Source of the DNA: an uncultured Lachnospiraceae bacterium
GTDB taxonomy: Bacteria; Bacillota; Clostridia; Christensenellales; UBA1242
Assembly: GCA_964405555.1 (NCBI GenBank)
Contig: CAYOOB010000004.1
Span: 10,165 to 74,164 of the forward strand
Direction of reading: 5' to 3'
DNA: 64,000 bases
The notes under the pieces are model-generated. The model saw only the letters and a program-made list of their open reading frames with translations. It was not told where the DNA came from and ran no database searches. The translations under genes and the position numbers were made by a program. Positions 40,883 to 50,857 of this stretch are shown piece after piece (within the stretch, counting starts at the first letter, position 1; every line of letters begins with the position of its first letter).

Positions 40883-42187
40883 CTAAACCGCTTTTTTATC
40901 TTCAGTTTTATCTTCCGAGTCTTTTTTTACTAAAATTGGTTCGCTACCTTTCTCAATAAAATCTCTCGTGATGATAATTTTGTTATAAACATTAGGGTCT
41001 GGCAAGTCGAACATAAGTTCCAACATTCTTGTTTCCATGATTGTACGAATTCCTCGTGCACCTGTTTTGAGGTCGATTGCTTTCTGCGACACATACGCAA
41101 TAGCATCCTTATCAAATTCAATTTCAAATCCGTCAATCTTGAAAAGTTGTTTATATTGTTTGATAAGAGAATTCTTTGGTTCAACCAAAATGCGTTGCAG
41201 TGCTTTGTCATCAAGATTGTCAAGCCCTGTTATAATTGGTAACCTTCCCACAAACTCTGGAATTAAACCAAATTTGATAAGGTCATCAGGTTGAACATCC
41301 TTTGAATAATCAATTTTTGCCTTTTCTTCCGCATTTTTTATATTGGCATTGAAACCGATTGATGATGCCGATTTACGTTTATATATTATGTCGTCAAGTC
41401 CAACAAAAGCTCCTCCACAAATAAACAAAATGTTTGTTGTGTCAATTTGTAACATCTCTTGATGTGGATGTTTTCTTCCGCCTTGTGGTGGCACACTGGC
41501 AATGGTGCTTTCAATAATCTTTAAAAGTGCTTGTTGAACACCCTCTCCACCAACATCTCGTGTCAATGAGCGGTTTTCACTCTTGCGAGCAAGTTTATCA
41601 ATTTCATCAATATAAATAATTCCACGCTCTGCTTTTTCGATGTCGTAATCGGCATTTTGAATAAGTTTTAAAAGAACATTTTCAACATCTTCACCAACAT
41701 ATCCAGCCTCTGTTAAAGTTGTGGCATCTGCACAGGCAAATGGCACATCCAAAATTTTAGCCAAGGTCTTTACAAGGAGTGTTTTTCCAGAACCTGTTGG
41801 ACCAATCATCAAAACATTACTCTTTTCAAGTTCCAAAACATTCTTATCTTGCACCTTTTCCTTACTTTTCTTTGAAGCATTAATCTTATTGTGATAGTTG
41901 TAATTAATTCTTTTATAATGATTGAAAACTGCCACAGATAGCACTTTTTTTGCTTGCTCCTGACCTATAACATAGCCATCCAATGCCTTTTTAATATCCT
42001 TTGGTGCAGGGATTTCAAGATCTTTGAAAACCTTAACCCTCATTGTTTCTTCTTTGATTATTTCAGAACAAATTTTTATGCAGTCATCACAAATGAAAGC
42101 ATCTCCGTTTGGACTTGCAATCAATTTTCTTGCCGCTTTTTGTGGTCTTCCGCAGAATGTACAAGAACACGTATCAACGTCTTTCAT
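40883..42187 (-). CDS. clpX: ATP-dependent Clp protease ATP-binding subunit ClpX
   Basis: N-terminal Zn ribbon C.FCG....C..C, Walker [11 protein letters not shown] and [10 protein letters not shown] prefer the ATG at 42187, preceded by a GAGGTGAT SD. Confidence 0.95.
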   Translation of the reverse strand: MKDVDTCSCTFCGRPQKAARKLIASPNGDAFICDDCIKICSEIIKEETMRVKVFKDLEIPAPKDIKKALDGYVIGQEQAKKVLSVAVFNHYKRINYNYHNKINASKKSKEKVQDKNVLELEKSNVLMIGPTGSGKTLLVKTLAKILDVPFACADATTLTEAGYVGEDVENVLLKLIQNADYDIEKAERGIIYIDEIDKLARKSENRSLTRDVGGEGVQQALLKIIESTIASVPPQGGRKHPHQEMLQIDTTNILFICGGAFVGLDDIIYKRKSASSIGFNANIKNAEEKAKIDYSKDVQPDDLIKFGLIPEFVGRLPIITGLDNLDDKALQRILVEPKNSLIKQYKQLFKIDGFEIEFDKDAIAYVSQKAIDLKTGARGIRTIMETRMLELMFDLPDPNVYNKIIITRDFIEKGSEPILVKKDSEDKTEDKKAV

Positions 42188-42482
42188 AATCACCTCATTC
42201 AAATTTATTTTTTTGTTGTTAGTTGTTTGTGCTGATTGTTAAAACATCTAATCTAATGATTAATCTAATAATTCATTAGGTTTTTATTAGTTATGTTCTT
42301 ATAAGTAAAATATAACAGTTAATGTTGTTTTTTTATGTTTTGTTAATTTGTCTTATTTTCTAATATTTACTGTATTTTTTTATTTAATCTTAAACCAAAT
42401 TTAAGTTAACTAAATCGAATGTTTTGTCGCAATATTTCACAAATATAACATTTACCATGTTTAACAAACAATATAAGAAAAT

Positions 42483-43100
42483 TTACTTCTCTTTCTTGCC
42501 ATTACCAGCATTCTTACTTGTTTTTCTGGTAACGAAAATGTTGTCAATAAGCCCATATTTTTTCGCTTCTTCTGCTGACATATAATTATCTCTGTCGGTA
42601 TCTTTTTCAATTACCTCCAAACTTTTTCCAGTGTTTTCGCTTAAAATTTTGTTTAACATATTCTTTATTTTCTTCATCTGTTTGGCTTGAATTTCAATGT
42701 CGCTTGCCTGACCTCGTGTTCCACCAAGTGGCTGATGGATCATAATTTCGCTGTTAGGCAACGCATAACGTTTTCCTTTAGTTCCGCTTGAAAGAAGGAA
42801 TGCTCCCATAGAAGCCGCCATACCAATACAAATTGTGGAAACATCACATTTGATATAATTCATAGTGTCATATATGGCAATGCCTGCACTCACAGAACCG
42901 CCCGGACTGTTAATATAAAGGAAAATATCCTTATCTGGATTCTTACCTTCCAAATAAATCAACTGTGCGATAACCACATTTGCCGAAGCATCGTTTATTT
43001 CGCCTGTCAAAAACACAATTCTGTCTTCGAGTAGTCTTGAATAGATATCATAAGACCTTTCACTTCCACCGGTTTGGTCTACAACCATTGGTATTAACAT
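42483..43100 (-). CDS. clpP: ATP-dependent Clp protease proteolytic subunit ClpP
   Basis: [11 protein letters not shown], catalytic [11 protein letters not shown] and HQPLGG. I prefer the ATG at 43100, preceded by a GGAGGTG SD. Confidence 0.95.
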   Translation of the reverse strand: MLIPMVVDQTGGSERSYDIYSRLLEDRIVFLTGEINDASANVVIAQLIYLEGKNPDKDIFLYINSPGGSVSAGIAIYDTMNYIKCDVSTICIGMAASMGAFLLSSGTKGKRYALPNSEIMIHQPLGGTRGQASDIEIQAKQMKKIKNMLNKILSENTGKSLEVIEKDTDRDNYMSAEEAKKYGLIDNIFVTRKTSKNAGNGKKEK

Positions 43101-43132
43101 ATTTTCACCTCCAAAATTATTTATACATTTCT

Positions 43133-43152
43133 GCCCACATTTGCCCACATTT
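43133..43152 (-). promoter_or_regulatory. Perfect 10 bp direct repeat x2 just upstream of the clpP SD (candidate operator)
   Basis: GCCCACATTT GCCCACATTT on the + strand, i.e. AAATGTGGGC x2 on the coding strand, 33-52 nt before the ATG. Confidence 0.4.
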
Positions 43153-43422
43153 ATGTTTACATTTTTCTTTTTTTTGTTTTCAATCAGTTGCAAGCTATTT
43201 TTGTTTATTGTTTCGTTTACTGATAAATTATGTCCACATAAATCCTACTCATATTATTTGCAAAAGTAAATTCTAAATTCATTTGCATTCAATTACGTTG
43301 CGTTCAATCGGTTAAACATATTTAATTTTTATTTTGTTGCACATTAGTTTTGAATTAATTTTGCATTAAAATTAATTAATGTGGTTATTTTTAATTCTCA
43401 ACTTTAAGCAATTCCTATTTGA

Positions 43423-44706
43423 TTACTCTTCTTTTGGTTTTTGGTTATCTTCATCGTCTTTCACGATAACCTTTTTATTATTATCCCATAAAAAGTCACG
43501 CAGTTTACCAAGCAACAGTTCGTTTTCTTTTTTAACTATTTCGTCTTGGTCTGTTGTTTCTTTTGTGGCTTCTTCAAGTTCTTCTTTGGAAACAGTGATA
43601 TTTAATTCTTTAATCATTTTGCGATAGATTTGACGTGACCTTGTGCTTCTTTCAACATTCTTCTTTATGCGGTCTACAAATTCTTCTTCTGTGCCACCGC
43701 CCGTGAAACCGATGTAGTCAGCAAGAGTGAGATGATATGCTTCAAGTGATTTCTTCAAACCCTCAACTTCATAAGCCACATAGTTATCAATCATGATTTG
43801 TGGAATTTCAATTTTAGTGTTATCAATAAGATAATCTCTCATTCTGCAATCAAACTCAACTTTTTGTTGATTTTCTTTCATAGTTTGAATATGAGCAAAA
43901 AGGTGTTTTCTATACTCTTCAACAGTTTCATATTCTGTCGCATTAGATATAAATTTGTCATCTAATGTTGGAACACGCTTTTCTCTTACTGCCTTAATCT
44001 CAACTCTAAATTCTGCCTGTTGACCAGCAAGGTCTTCGTTGAAATATTCTTTTGGAAAAGTTGCTTTAACATCCACAACATCGCCCTTTTTATGTCCAAC
44101 AAGTTGGTCTTCAAAGTTATCTATAAATGTGTGTGAACCAATCTCCAAAGGATAATTTTGTGCAGAGCCACCGTCAAATTCAACTCCATTCAAGAAACCA
44201 TTGTAATCAATCAAAACACTGTCATTTACTTTTATTGCCCTATCAACTTCTTCAAATTTTGCGTTGTCATTTAAAAGCACTTTGATAGAGTTTTCAACTT
44301 CTTCATCTGTCACTTCTGCCGAATGAATTTCAATTGGAACATCCACATATTTGCAAAGTTCAAACGGTGGAATTGTTTCAAAGATAATCTTCATTTTTAA
44401 GCCGTCTTTAAGTGTAAAACTTTCAAATTGAGTTGTTGGTTGAGCAACAGGTTCTAATTCAGGTTGTTTATCAAAAACTTCATCCAAAGTTTTCTCTAAA
44501 AAATAGTTTACAGTATCGTCAAAGAAAATGCTGTCACCATAAGTTTTTTCAATAACCTTTCTTGGTGCATGACCTTTTCTAAAGCCCTCAACGTTATACT
44601 TTCCCTTGTTTTTCTCGTAAGTTGACTGAACACCAGCTTCCCATTCATCTGCGCTGATAGATAACTCAACTTCAACTTTTGTTTTGTCTTGTTTTAAAGT
44701 GTACAT
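43423..44706 (-). CDS. tig: Trigger factor
   Basis: N-terminal GFRKGHAPRKVIEKTYG motif and a central FKBP-type PPIase. I prefer the ATG at 44706, preceded by a GGAAGGG SD. Confidence 0.9.
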   Translation of the reverse strand: MYTLKQDKTKVEVELSISADEWEAGVQSTYEKNKGKYNVEGFRKGHAPRKVIEKTYGDSIFFDDTVNYFLEKTLDEVFDKQPELEPVAQPTTQFESFTLKDGLKMKIIFETIPPFELCKYVDVPIEIHSAEVTDEEVENSIKVLLNDNAKFEEVDRAIKVNDSVLIDYNGFLNGVEFDGGSAQNYPLEIGSHTFIDNFEDQLVGHKKGDVVDVKATFPKEYFNEDLAGQQAEFRVEIKAVREKRVPTLDDKFISNATEYETVEEYRKHLFAHIQTMKENQQKVEFDCRMRDYLIDNTKIEIPQIMIDNYVAYEVEGLKKSLEAYHLTLADYIGFTGGGTEEEFVDRIKKNVERSTRSRQIYRKMIKELNITVSKEELEEATKETTDQDEIVKKENELLLGKLRDFLWDNNKKVIVKDDEDNQKPKEE

Positions 44707-45088
44707 AATTTCCCTTCCTTTTTTAGTTTTTGATTTTCTTTTGCTTGTTTTTGATGTCGTTTCGCAGTATATCAAGCCCATAAATCTTGCCAATAAGTAA
44801 CAACTTATTTATTCTAAAACTTTCTTACAAAACATGAGATTTTTGTATTAATAAATATGTATGAATTGTCTTTCTCAAACATATTAAGTTTTACATTATT
44901 TAAGTCTTTCCGTTTATCGTGCTAACCTACTTTTATCATGTAGATTTAAAATATACTCCAACACATTCTAAGCAAACATAAACAGTATGAATTTTATCAC
45001 ATAAAAAATAAAAAAGCAACAATATTGCGTCAATTTTACATTAATTTATAACAAATTTTGTATATATTTGGATATATCATAAATATAC

Positions 45089-45148
45089 TACGAAAATAAT
45101 ATCGAAAAGTCCCAATATAAGTCGAAAATGCTTAAACTTGGTCGAAAT
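45089..45148 (+). promoter_or_regulatory. Cluster of four TCGAAA (Spo0A-box-like) motifs
   Basis: TACGAAAA, ATCGAAAA, GTCGAAAA and GTCGAAAT start at 45089, 45101, 45121 and 45141. The last three each match the 0A box TGNCGAA at 6/7. Confidence 0.25.
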
Positions 45149-45466
45149 TCATCTGTTTTATTTTTTATATCTAAATTTTGTCAACATTCAATTCGTCTAC
45201 ATCTAAATTTAATTTATGTTTGTTTAGTTTTATTTACATTCGTTTTTATTTAATTGAATTTATCTAAACGAAATATTACGAAAAATTCCCTAAACAATTA
45301 TTTCTAATCCAACTTCTAACTATCTCTAATCCCACTCTCCATATCTCTCTATTTTCTTTAAACTTTGTTTTTACATTGTTAACATTGTCTATGTATTACC
45401 TACCTTAACTAACCAAAACTAACAGCACACATTAATCTTAAATTCGCAGCAATTTTTTATAATAAA

Positions 45467-45556
45467 CAATATTTTGTGTAGTATGTATGCATAATACACC
45501 ATAATTAGGTGGTATGCAAATGCATACTACCGGTGTTATGCACTTGCATACTACCC
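45467..45556. repeat. Palindromic spacer element, copy F (array of about 3.5 units)
   Basis: GTGTAGTATGTA TGCATAATACACCATAATTAGGTGGTATGCA AA TGCATACTACCGGTGTTATGCA CT TGCATACTACCC. Confidence 0.85.
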
Positions 45557-45608
45557 ATTCCCCAAACAACCACACACCACAGAATGTATTTTATTTGTTA
45601 ACATATAA

Positions 45609-46784
45609 CTATAACATCCAATCAACATACACCCCATAACCTTTTGAAGGGTCGTTTAAAAATACGTGCGTCACTGCTCCAATAATCTTTCCGTCTTGCA
45701 TTATTGGAGAACCACTCATACCCTGCACAATTCCACCAGAAAGGTCAAGCAACCTTTTATCTGTCACACGAAAAACAATACTTTTATCATTCGCAGTTTT
45801 TTGATTACTGGTTTTTATAATTTCAATATCATATTCTTCTCTTATCCCACTGATTGTTGAAACAATTTTAGCCTTTCCCATTTTAACACCAAGTCTACCA
45901 CCAAGTTTTGCTGTCACATTCTCATCCACAAGATTTGAAACATCACTCAAAACTCCTTTAACACCATATTTAGTGTTAGATTCAATCACACCCTTACCAC
46001 CACTTGTAGAAACAAAAACACATTTAAGTTCACCAGGATCATTTTTCTTTCCTTTTTCAATCCCTATCAAATTACATTCAAACACTTTTCCACTTGACAC
46101 AGGAACAGCATTTCCTCCATTTACCTCTATTATAGAATGCCCTAATGCACCAAAACTTAAATTTTTAGTATTAACAAAAGTTAATGTTCCAACACCAGTC
46201 ACATCATCTTTAACCCAAAGTCCAAGTTTCAACATTCCTTTGTCATCTCGTGTGGTTTTTATCAAAGTTTTGTAAGTCTTGTTTTTTCGCAAATATTCAA
46301 CTTCTGCCTCTTCCGACAACTCACCAGAACTATCGTTCAAAAGTTCTTCAATCTGGTCTAAACTTTCAACTTTTTCTCCATTAATCTTTGTTATAATATC
46401 CCCTTCTTTTAATGTAGAAGAATTTTCACCAACCACAATAGCCCCATCTGCGTTAATCAAGAGTCCAATTGGCACCCCACCAACATAATATACATCATCG
46501 TCTGTTAACGTCACCTCAACCCTTTTAATTGGAATAATTCCAAAAAGCTTAAACACAATTTCCCCTTGTTTCTGTTTTTCACCTCCCACAATTGTTTCTT
46601 TCTCTTCCATCTGCGAATTTATAAAACTACCAAACTTATGCGTCTGGTTAATCGTTTCAACATCCTCATAACTTGCCAAAAGACCATCTTCTAACTGCAA
46701 AATTTCCCTCACAGGAAGCAAAACAGTAAAACTTACAATAAAAATAAATACAAATGTAAATAATGATAAATAAGCGTTTTTCAT
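45609..46784 (-). CDS. spoIVB: SpoIVB peptidase (S55 family)
   Basis: N-terminal TM helix, PDZ domain, catalytic GTLTF..FGALGH and GMSGSPI motifs. Confidence 0.9.
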   Translation of the reverse strand: MKNAYLSLFTFVFIFIVSFTVLLPVREILQLEDGLLASYEDVETINQTHKFGSFINSQMEEKETIVGGEKQKQGEIVFKLFGIIPIKRVEVTLTDDDVYYVGGVPIGLLINADGAIVVGENSSTLKEGDIITKINGEKVESLDQIEELLNDSSGELSEEAEVEYLRKNKTYKTLIKTTRDDKGMLKLGLWVKDDVTGVGTLTFVNTKNLSFGALGHSIIEVNGGNAVPVSSGKVFECNLIGIEKGKKNDPGELKCVFVSTSGGKGVIESNTKYGVKGVLSDVSNLVDENVTAKLGGRLGVKMGKAKIVSTISGIREEYDIEIIKTSNQKTANDKSIVFRVTDKRLLDLSGGIVQGMSGSPIMQDGKIIGAVTHVFLNDPSKGYGVYVDWML

Positions 46785-47050
46785 ACGCTTTATTTTTTGT
46801 ACTTTTTGTTATATTATTCTTTACCACAAACATTTTATTAAAAACATTAAACCTTTTATACAACAAACCACCAACCTAACAATATAAACTCAAAATAAAA
46901 CCAATTAGCATTAATTAAGTCTATAATGCGTGGTTGCTAGTGTATAAAGTGAAATTGCGGAATAACATATAGCAAGTACTTTATAAATAAACATACTATA
47001 AATATTTTACAATAGATTAAATATTGAATAGATTTTTAAATCTCTTTATA

Positions 47051-47150
47051 TTCACACCAATTTACCTTTCATACCGATTTAACTTTCATACCAATTTAAC
47101 TTTCACGCCAATTTAACTTTCATACCAATTTAACTTTCACGCCAATTTTT
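47051..47150. repeat. 17 bp tandem repeat (about 6 units) reiterating the 3' end and stop codon of the adjacent gene
   Basis: TTTCATACCAATTTAAC / TTTCACGCCAATTTAAC units. The last unit encodes the C-terminus ..NWRES-stop on the - strand. Confidence 0.9.
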
Positions 47151-47783
47151 GAGAACAAATCCATAAGATGTTAATTCTTTCTTTAATGCTTTGTAATTAG
47201 GACATATCTTGTTCACATCCACCCAAAATTGTGGCTTATGATTTAAATGTAAACTATGACAAAGTTCATGACAAATAACATACCTCACCAATCTTTCGGG
47301 CAAAATAAGTAATTTCCAATTCAACTTCATCTCACCCTTAGAGTTATAACTTCCCCAAATACGAACAGAATCAGTCGGTTTTACACTTATAAATTTTAAA
47401 CCTGTTTCAGCCGAGATTTTGTATACTAAATTAGAAAGTGTTTCAAAAAGCGAAAGGTAGTACTTTTTTATTATCTTATACCTTTTCTCTTTGTTTTGTT
47501 TATCAAAATCCATAAACAGTTGATTAACCGACATTTCTTGTTCACCATTGAGATAGATAAATTTATCAAACTCAAATTTATTTGAAAGTTGGTCAACTTC
47601 TTTAAATTTCTCCTCAATCCTTGATAACCATTTCTGTTTACTTTGCAAGAACTCAACAATCTTTCTGTCACTAACCCTTACCGGCACTTTTAACACTGCC
47701 TTTTCAGCACTCTCCACTTTTAAAACCATTGTTCTGCGTTTCATCTTTATTATTTCAATTTTCATTTCAATATCATAACACAT
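47130..47783 (-). CDS. YgjP-like (DUF45/COG1451) zinc metallohydrolase
   Basis: HELCHSLHLNHKPQFW (HExxH..NH..FW) near the C-terminus. The exact start is uncertain. Confidence 0.65.
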   Translation of the reverse strand: MCYDIEMKIEIIKMKRRTMVLKVESAEKAVLKVPVRVSDRKIVEFLQSKQKWLSRIEEKFKEVDQLSNKFEFDKFIYLNGEQEMSVNQLFMDFDKQNKEKRYKIIKKYYLSLFETLSNLVYKISAETGLKFISVKPTDSVRIWGSYNSKGEMKLNWKLLILPERLVRYVICHELCHSLHLNHKPQFWVDVNKICPNYKALKKELTSYGFVLKNWRES

Positions 47784-47969
47784 TTTCCATTCATATACAA
47801 AATGTTTATCTCATTAAAAAGTTATTTTTACCCAAAACTTATTAAATTCTTAATCAGAAACCTATAATTTTTATATAATCTACCAACATGATAACACACA
47901 AAATTTTATAAAATAAAAATCCTTCACTTTTTGTCTAAAATCAAATTTTGATATAATTCTTATAATAAT

Positions 47970-48075
47970 AATACCACAATATATTGTATATTCTTTTTGC
48001 ATAATACAATATATTTTGATGTATTATGCAAATTATATCCTTAAAAAAATATTTTGCATAACACATCAATTTTGT
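47970..48075. repeat. Palindromic spacer element, copy G (three units) in a divergent promoter region
   Basis: AATACCACAATATATTGTATA; TTGCATAATACAATATATTTTGATGTATTATGCA (47997-48030); TTGCATAACACATCAATTTTG. Confidence 0.85.
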
Positions 48076-48105
48076 TTGACAAACACTTTATTAATGGATT
48101 AAAAT
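48076..48105 (+). promoter_or_regulatory. Possible sigma-A promoter of the PadR-fusion gene
   Basis: TTGACA, an 18 nt spacer, then TAAAAT. Confidence 0.35.
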
Positions 48106-48346
48106 ATTATATGTAATGAATAGAGTTGAAGTGCTTTTATGTCAATTACATATAGCCCCGCTTATAACCATAATCAACACAACAAGAAAAAACAAAAGAT
48201 AACAAAAGATAACAAAAGATAACAACGATAAAACAGTGAAATAGCTGAAAACTTAACATCAAAAATGATAAATCTTAAAACTTCTAATAAATAAACTCAA
48301 AAATAAACAAACTCAAAAAATTAAAATAAAATTATAGGAGAAATCT

Positions 48347-50299
48347 ATGGCTTTCAATTCAACTGGTGAAACACAATTTCTAATTTTGGACAGCCTGTCA
48401 AGTGGTTCCAAATACGGCTTAGAAATGATTGACTACATTTCAACAAGGTCTGGCGGAAACTATATACTTAAAAAACCAACCCTATATTCCTGCCTAACCC
48501 GCATGGAGAAGAAAGGATGGGTTTCTTCTTCGTTTTGGGGCGAAAGTGAATTTGGTGGAAAACGCCATTACTATTCCATAACTGATGAAGGAAGAAAAGT
48601 TTTAGATGAACTAGAAAAAGAAAGTGCTAATTTTTCTTTCAACAATAAATATGGTGACGGCGTAAACCAAAACAGCCAAATTGATTTAAATATTTCAACC
48701 TCAGAAGAAACAAAACCACATAGTTCTATCTATCTTCAACAAGATAACATTTTCAGCATGATTGAAAAGAATAAATCCGATTTAAATACTCAAACACAAA
48801 GCCAAAACACCAAACAAGACGAAAAAGGGATTGTTTCTCCTAATCAAATAGATTTATTTTCTTTTCAGAACACAACATCTCAAACTTCCACCAATTCTTA
48901 TCAAGAGAATTTTAAAAGTTTAGATGAAAACAACAAATTTAATAGTGAAGAACAAACCTCAAAAGAGAGGTATTATAAATCGATTTTAGAACAAAATTCA
49001 CAATCTCAAATCTTTAATAACTATCAAAACGCAAAAAACAACGAAAATTTAGAAGGTATCTCATATAAGAAAGATGATGCCAGATTTTTACATGAGGATG
49101 AAAGGTTAACCCCAGATCAAGAAGAACAAAACAAACGCCTTTACGACACTTCGAACGAACTTAAAAAATTCCGTAAAAAGAAGAGTTTTTCCGAAAACCA
49201 AATCGAACTTTCTGTTGTGTATGAGAACGAAGAAGACAGAGAAATTCAAAAACAGCGAATTGAACAACTTAAAGCTTCTATGTTAAATTTAAAAGAGAAT
49301 GGATTCCAAACAGAAAAGGTAGATCTCTCCTTATATTCTCAAGATTCAAACAAACAAGAACATTTACAACCTCAATTTTTTCAAGGTCAAGACAATTCAC
49401 AAAATTTATCACAAACATACGAAGAAAAAACAACACAACCACAGTATTCACAAGTGGATGATGGTCGACTTATTTACAGGCAAGATACCATACAAACTCG
49501 AAATATCACTTCAGACGAGCCTGAAAACTCAAAAGACGATGCAATTTTCATCACTTCAAGAATTAAAGAGAATGAGATACCTGTTCAACGAAAAATTCTC
49601 CCAACAAATATTGAAGTTGATATTAGTAGTCACCTGCCAGCACCTAAACGCAACAGTAACCTTGAACCAACTTATAAAGATATGATGTCAAGGTTATTTG
49701 AAAGGAAAAAGGAAAAATGGCAAAACAAAACAACAGTGAAAACTGTTGAACAAGAAACCCCAACGCAGTTAAGCGAGAATTATTCTGATGTTGGCAGTTT
49801 TGGAGATTATGGCAGTTTGAAGAAATATTATGCTGGTCACAACATTGAATTTAAAGAATTTAAGAGTTCAAATGTTGAACGCGAACATAACACCAACTAC
49901 CTACTCCTACTAAATTCAATCGCTCTATTCTTGCTGAGCGGAATTGGTTGTTTAATCACCTATGGAATACTTGCTGGTGTTGGCATATTGAATGTAAGCA
50001 CTAATTTCTTGTTATACACCTTGCCTATACTCTTCCTAATTTACGCAATTTATTCATTCATTAAATACAAATTATATCCAAGTAAAAAAGCCTCGCTAAC
50101 CTATGGGTGTCTTGTAAACTGGTCAATATTTTTGCTTGGCACGATGATTGTGGTTATTGCAAATGTAATTGCTGGTATGCAAGTGGAAACATTTAGTGAA
50201 TATTGCACATCATTGGTAATTCCAATTTTTGCACTTTTACTTACATTCCCTATTAACTACCACATAAAAAAAGCTTTATTTAAAAAATATGCAAAATAA
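48347..50299 (+). CDS. PadR-family winged-helix regulator fused to a long low-complexity linker and a C-terminal 4-TM domain
   Basis: N-terminal LILDSL..G.KYGLEMIDYI...LKKPTLYSCLTRMEKKGWV..GGKRHYYSITDEGRK; about 400 aa rich in Q/N/S/E/K; hydrophobic helices in the last ~140 aa. Confidence 0.7.
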   Translation: MAFNSTGETQFLILDSLSSGSKYGLEMIDYISTRSGGNYILKKPTLYSCLTRMEKKGWVSSSFWGESEFGGKRHYYSITDEGRKVLDELEKESANFSFNNKYGDGVNQNSQIDLNISTSEETKPHSSIYLQQDNIFSMIEKNKSDLNTQTQSQNTKQDEKGIVSPNQIDLFSFQNTTSQTSTNSYQENFKSLDENNKFNSEEQTSKERYYKSILEQNSQSQIFNNYQNAKNNENLEGISYKKDDARFLHEDERLTPDQEEQNKRLYDTSNELKKFRKKKSFSENQIELSVVYENEEDREIQKQRIEQLKASMLNLKENGFQTEKVDLSLYSQDSNKQEHLQPQFFQGQDNSQNLSQTYEEKTTQPQYSQVDDGRLIYRQDTIQTRNITSDEPENSKDDAIFITSRIKENEIPVQRKILPTNIEVDISSHLPAPKRNSNLEPTYKDMMSRLFERKKEKWQNKTTVKTVEQETPTQLSENYSDVGSFGDYGSLKKYYAGHNIEFKEFKSSNVEREHNTNYLLLLNSIALFLLSGIGCLITYGILAGVGILNVSTNFLLYTLPILFLIYAIYSFIKYKLYPSKKASLTYGCLVNWSIFLLGTMIVVIANVIAGMQVETFSEYCTSLVIPIFALLLTFPINYHIKKALFKKYAK

Positions 50300-50595
50300 G
50301 CACTTTGATTTTAGCAGTTTTAATACAGTAATTTTATTATCAAGATTAAGCATTAAATGTTGAATAATTTACTAATTACAACAAACTTACCACCATTAAT
50401 TACATTGACAAAACAGAAAAATTATAACACAACCGCTATCATAAATCACTTAATATGAAGAAAACTAAAAAATTTTAAAATTTTATGAATAAAACAAAAG
50501 AAACAACACAATATAAGAGTAAGTTAGACAGGTGCAACAACCTTAAAAATAATATGTAAAAGTAAGTTGTATTGCGTTTGTTTAACTTAAATAAC

Positions 50596-50649
50596 GAAAA
50601 GAGATGATTAGTTCGTGAAGGACAAATTTTACATCTCTTTTCTTTTTTT
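50596..50649 (+). terminator. Rho-independent terminator (long loop)
   Basis: Perfect 11 bp stem GAAAAGAGATG / CATCTCTTTTC, 25 nt loop, then T7. Confidence 0.55.
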
Positions 50650-50857
50650 ATATACTCTCAGATAAATACTTATTTATATTCAGATAAACTTTTAGATATT
50701 TTAATTAATATTTGGTTATACTTAAATAAGTATTTAGTTGTATTTAGAAAGCTTTTATATATACTTTTATATATTTATTCTTTTGTTATATAGATTTACA
50801 TTACACTTACACTTTCATGCTTACACTATTTTAGTTGTTATCAAATGCAATAACATT

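Noticed and set aside
45488-45556. Palindrome-family arms as forespore sigma-F/G promoters (GCATA -35, CATACTA -10)
   Set aside because: Both hexamer types are present, but the spacers are 20-29 nt instead of about 15-18. The elements are also palindromic and occur on both strands regardless of gene orientation.
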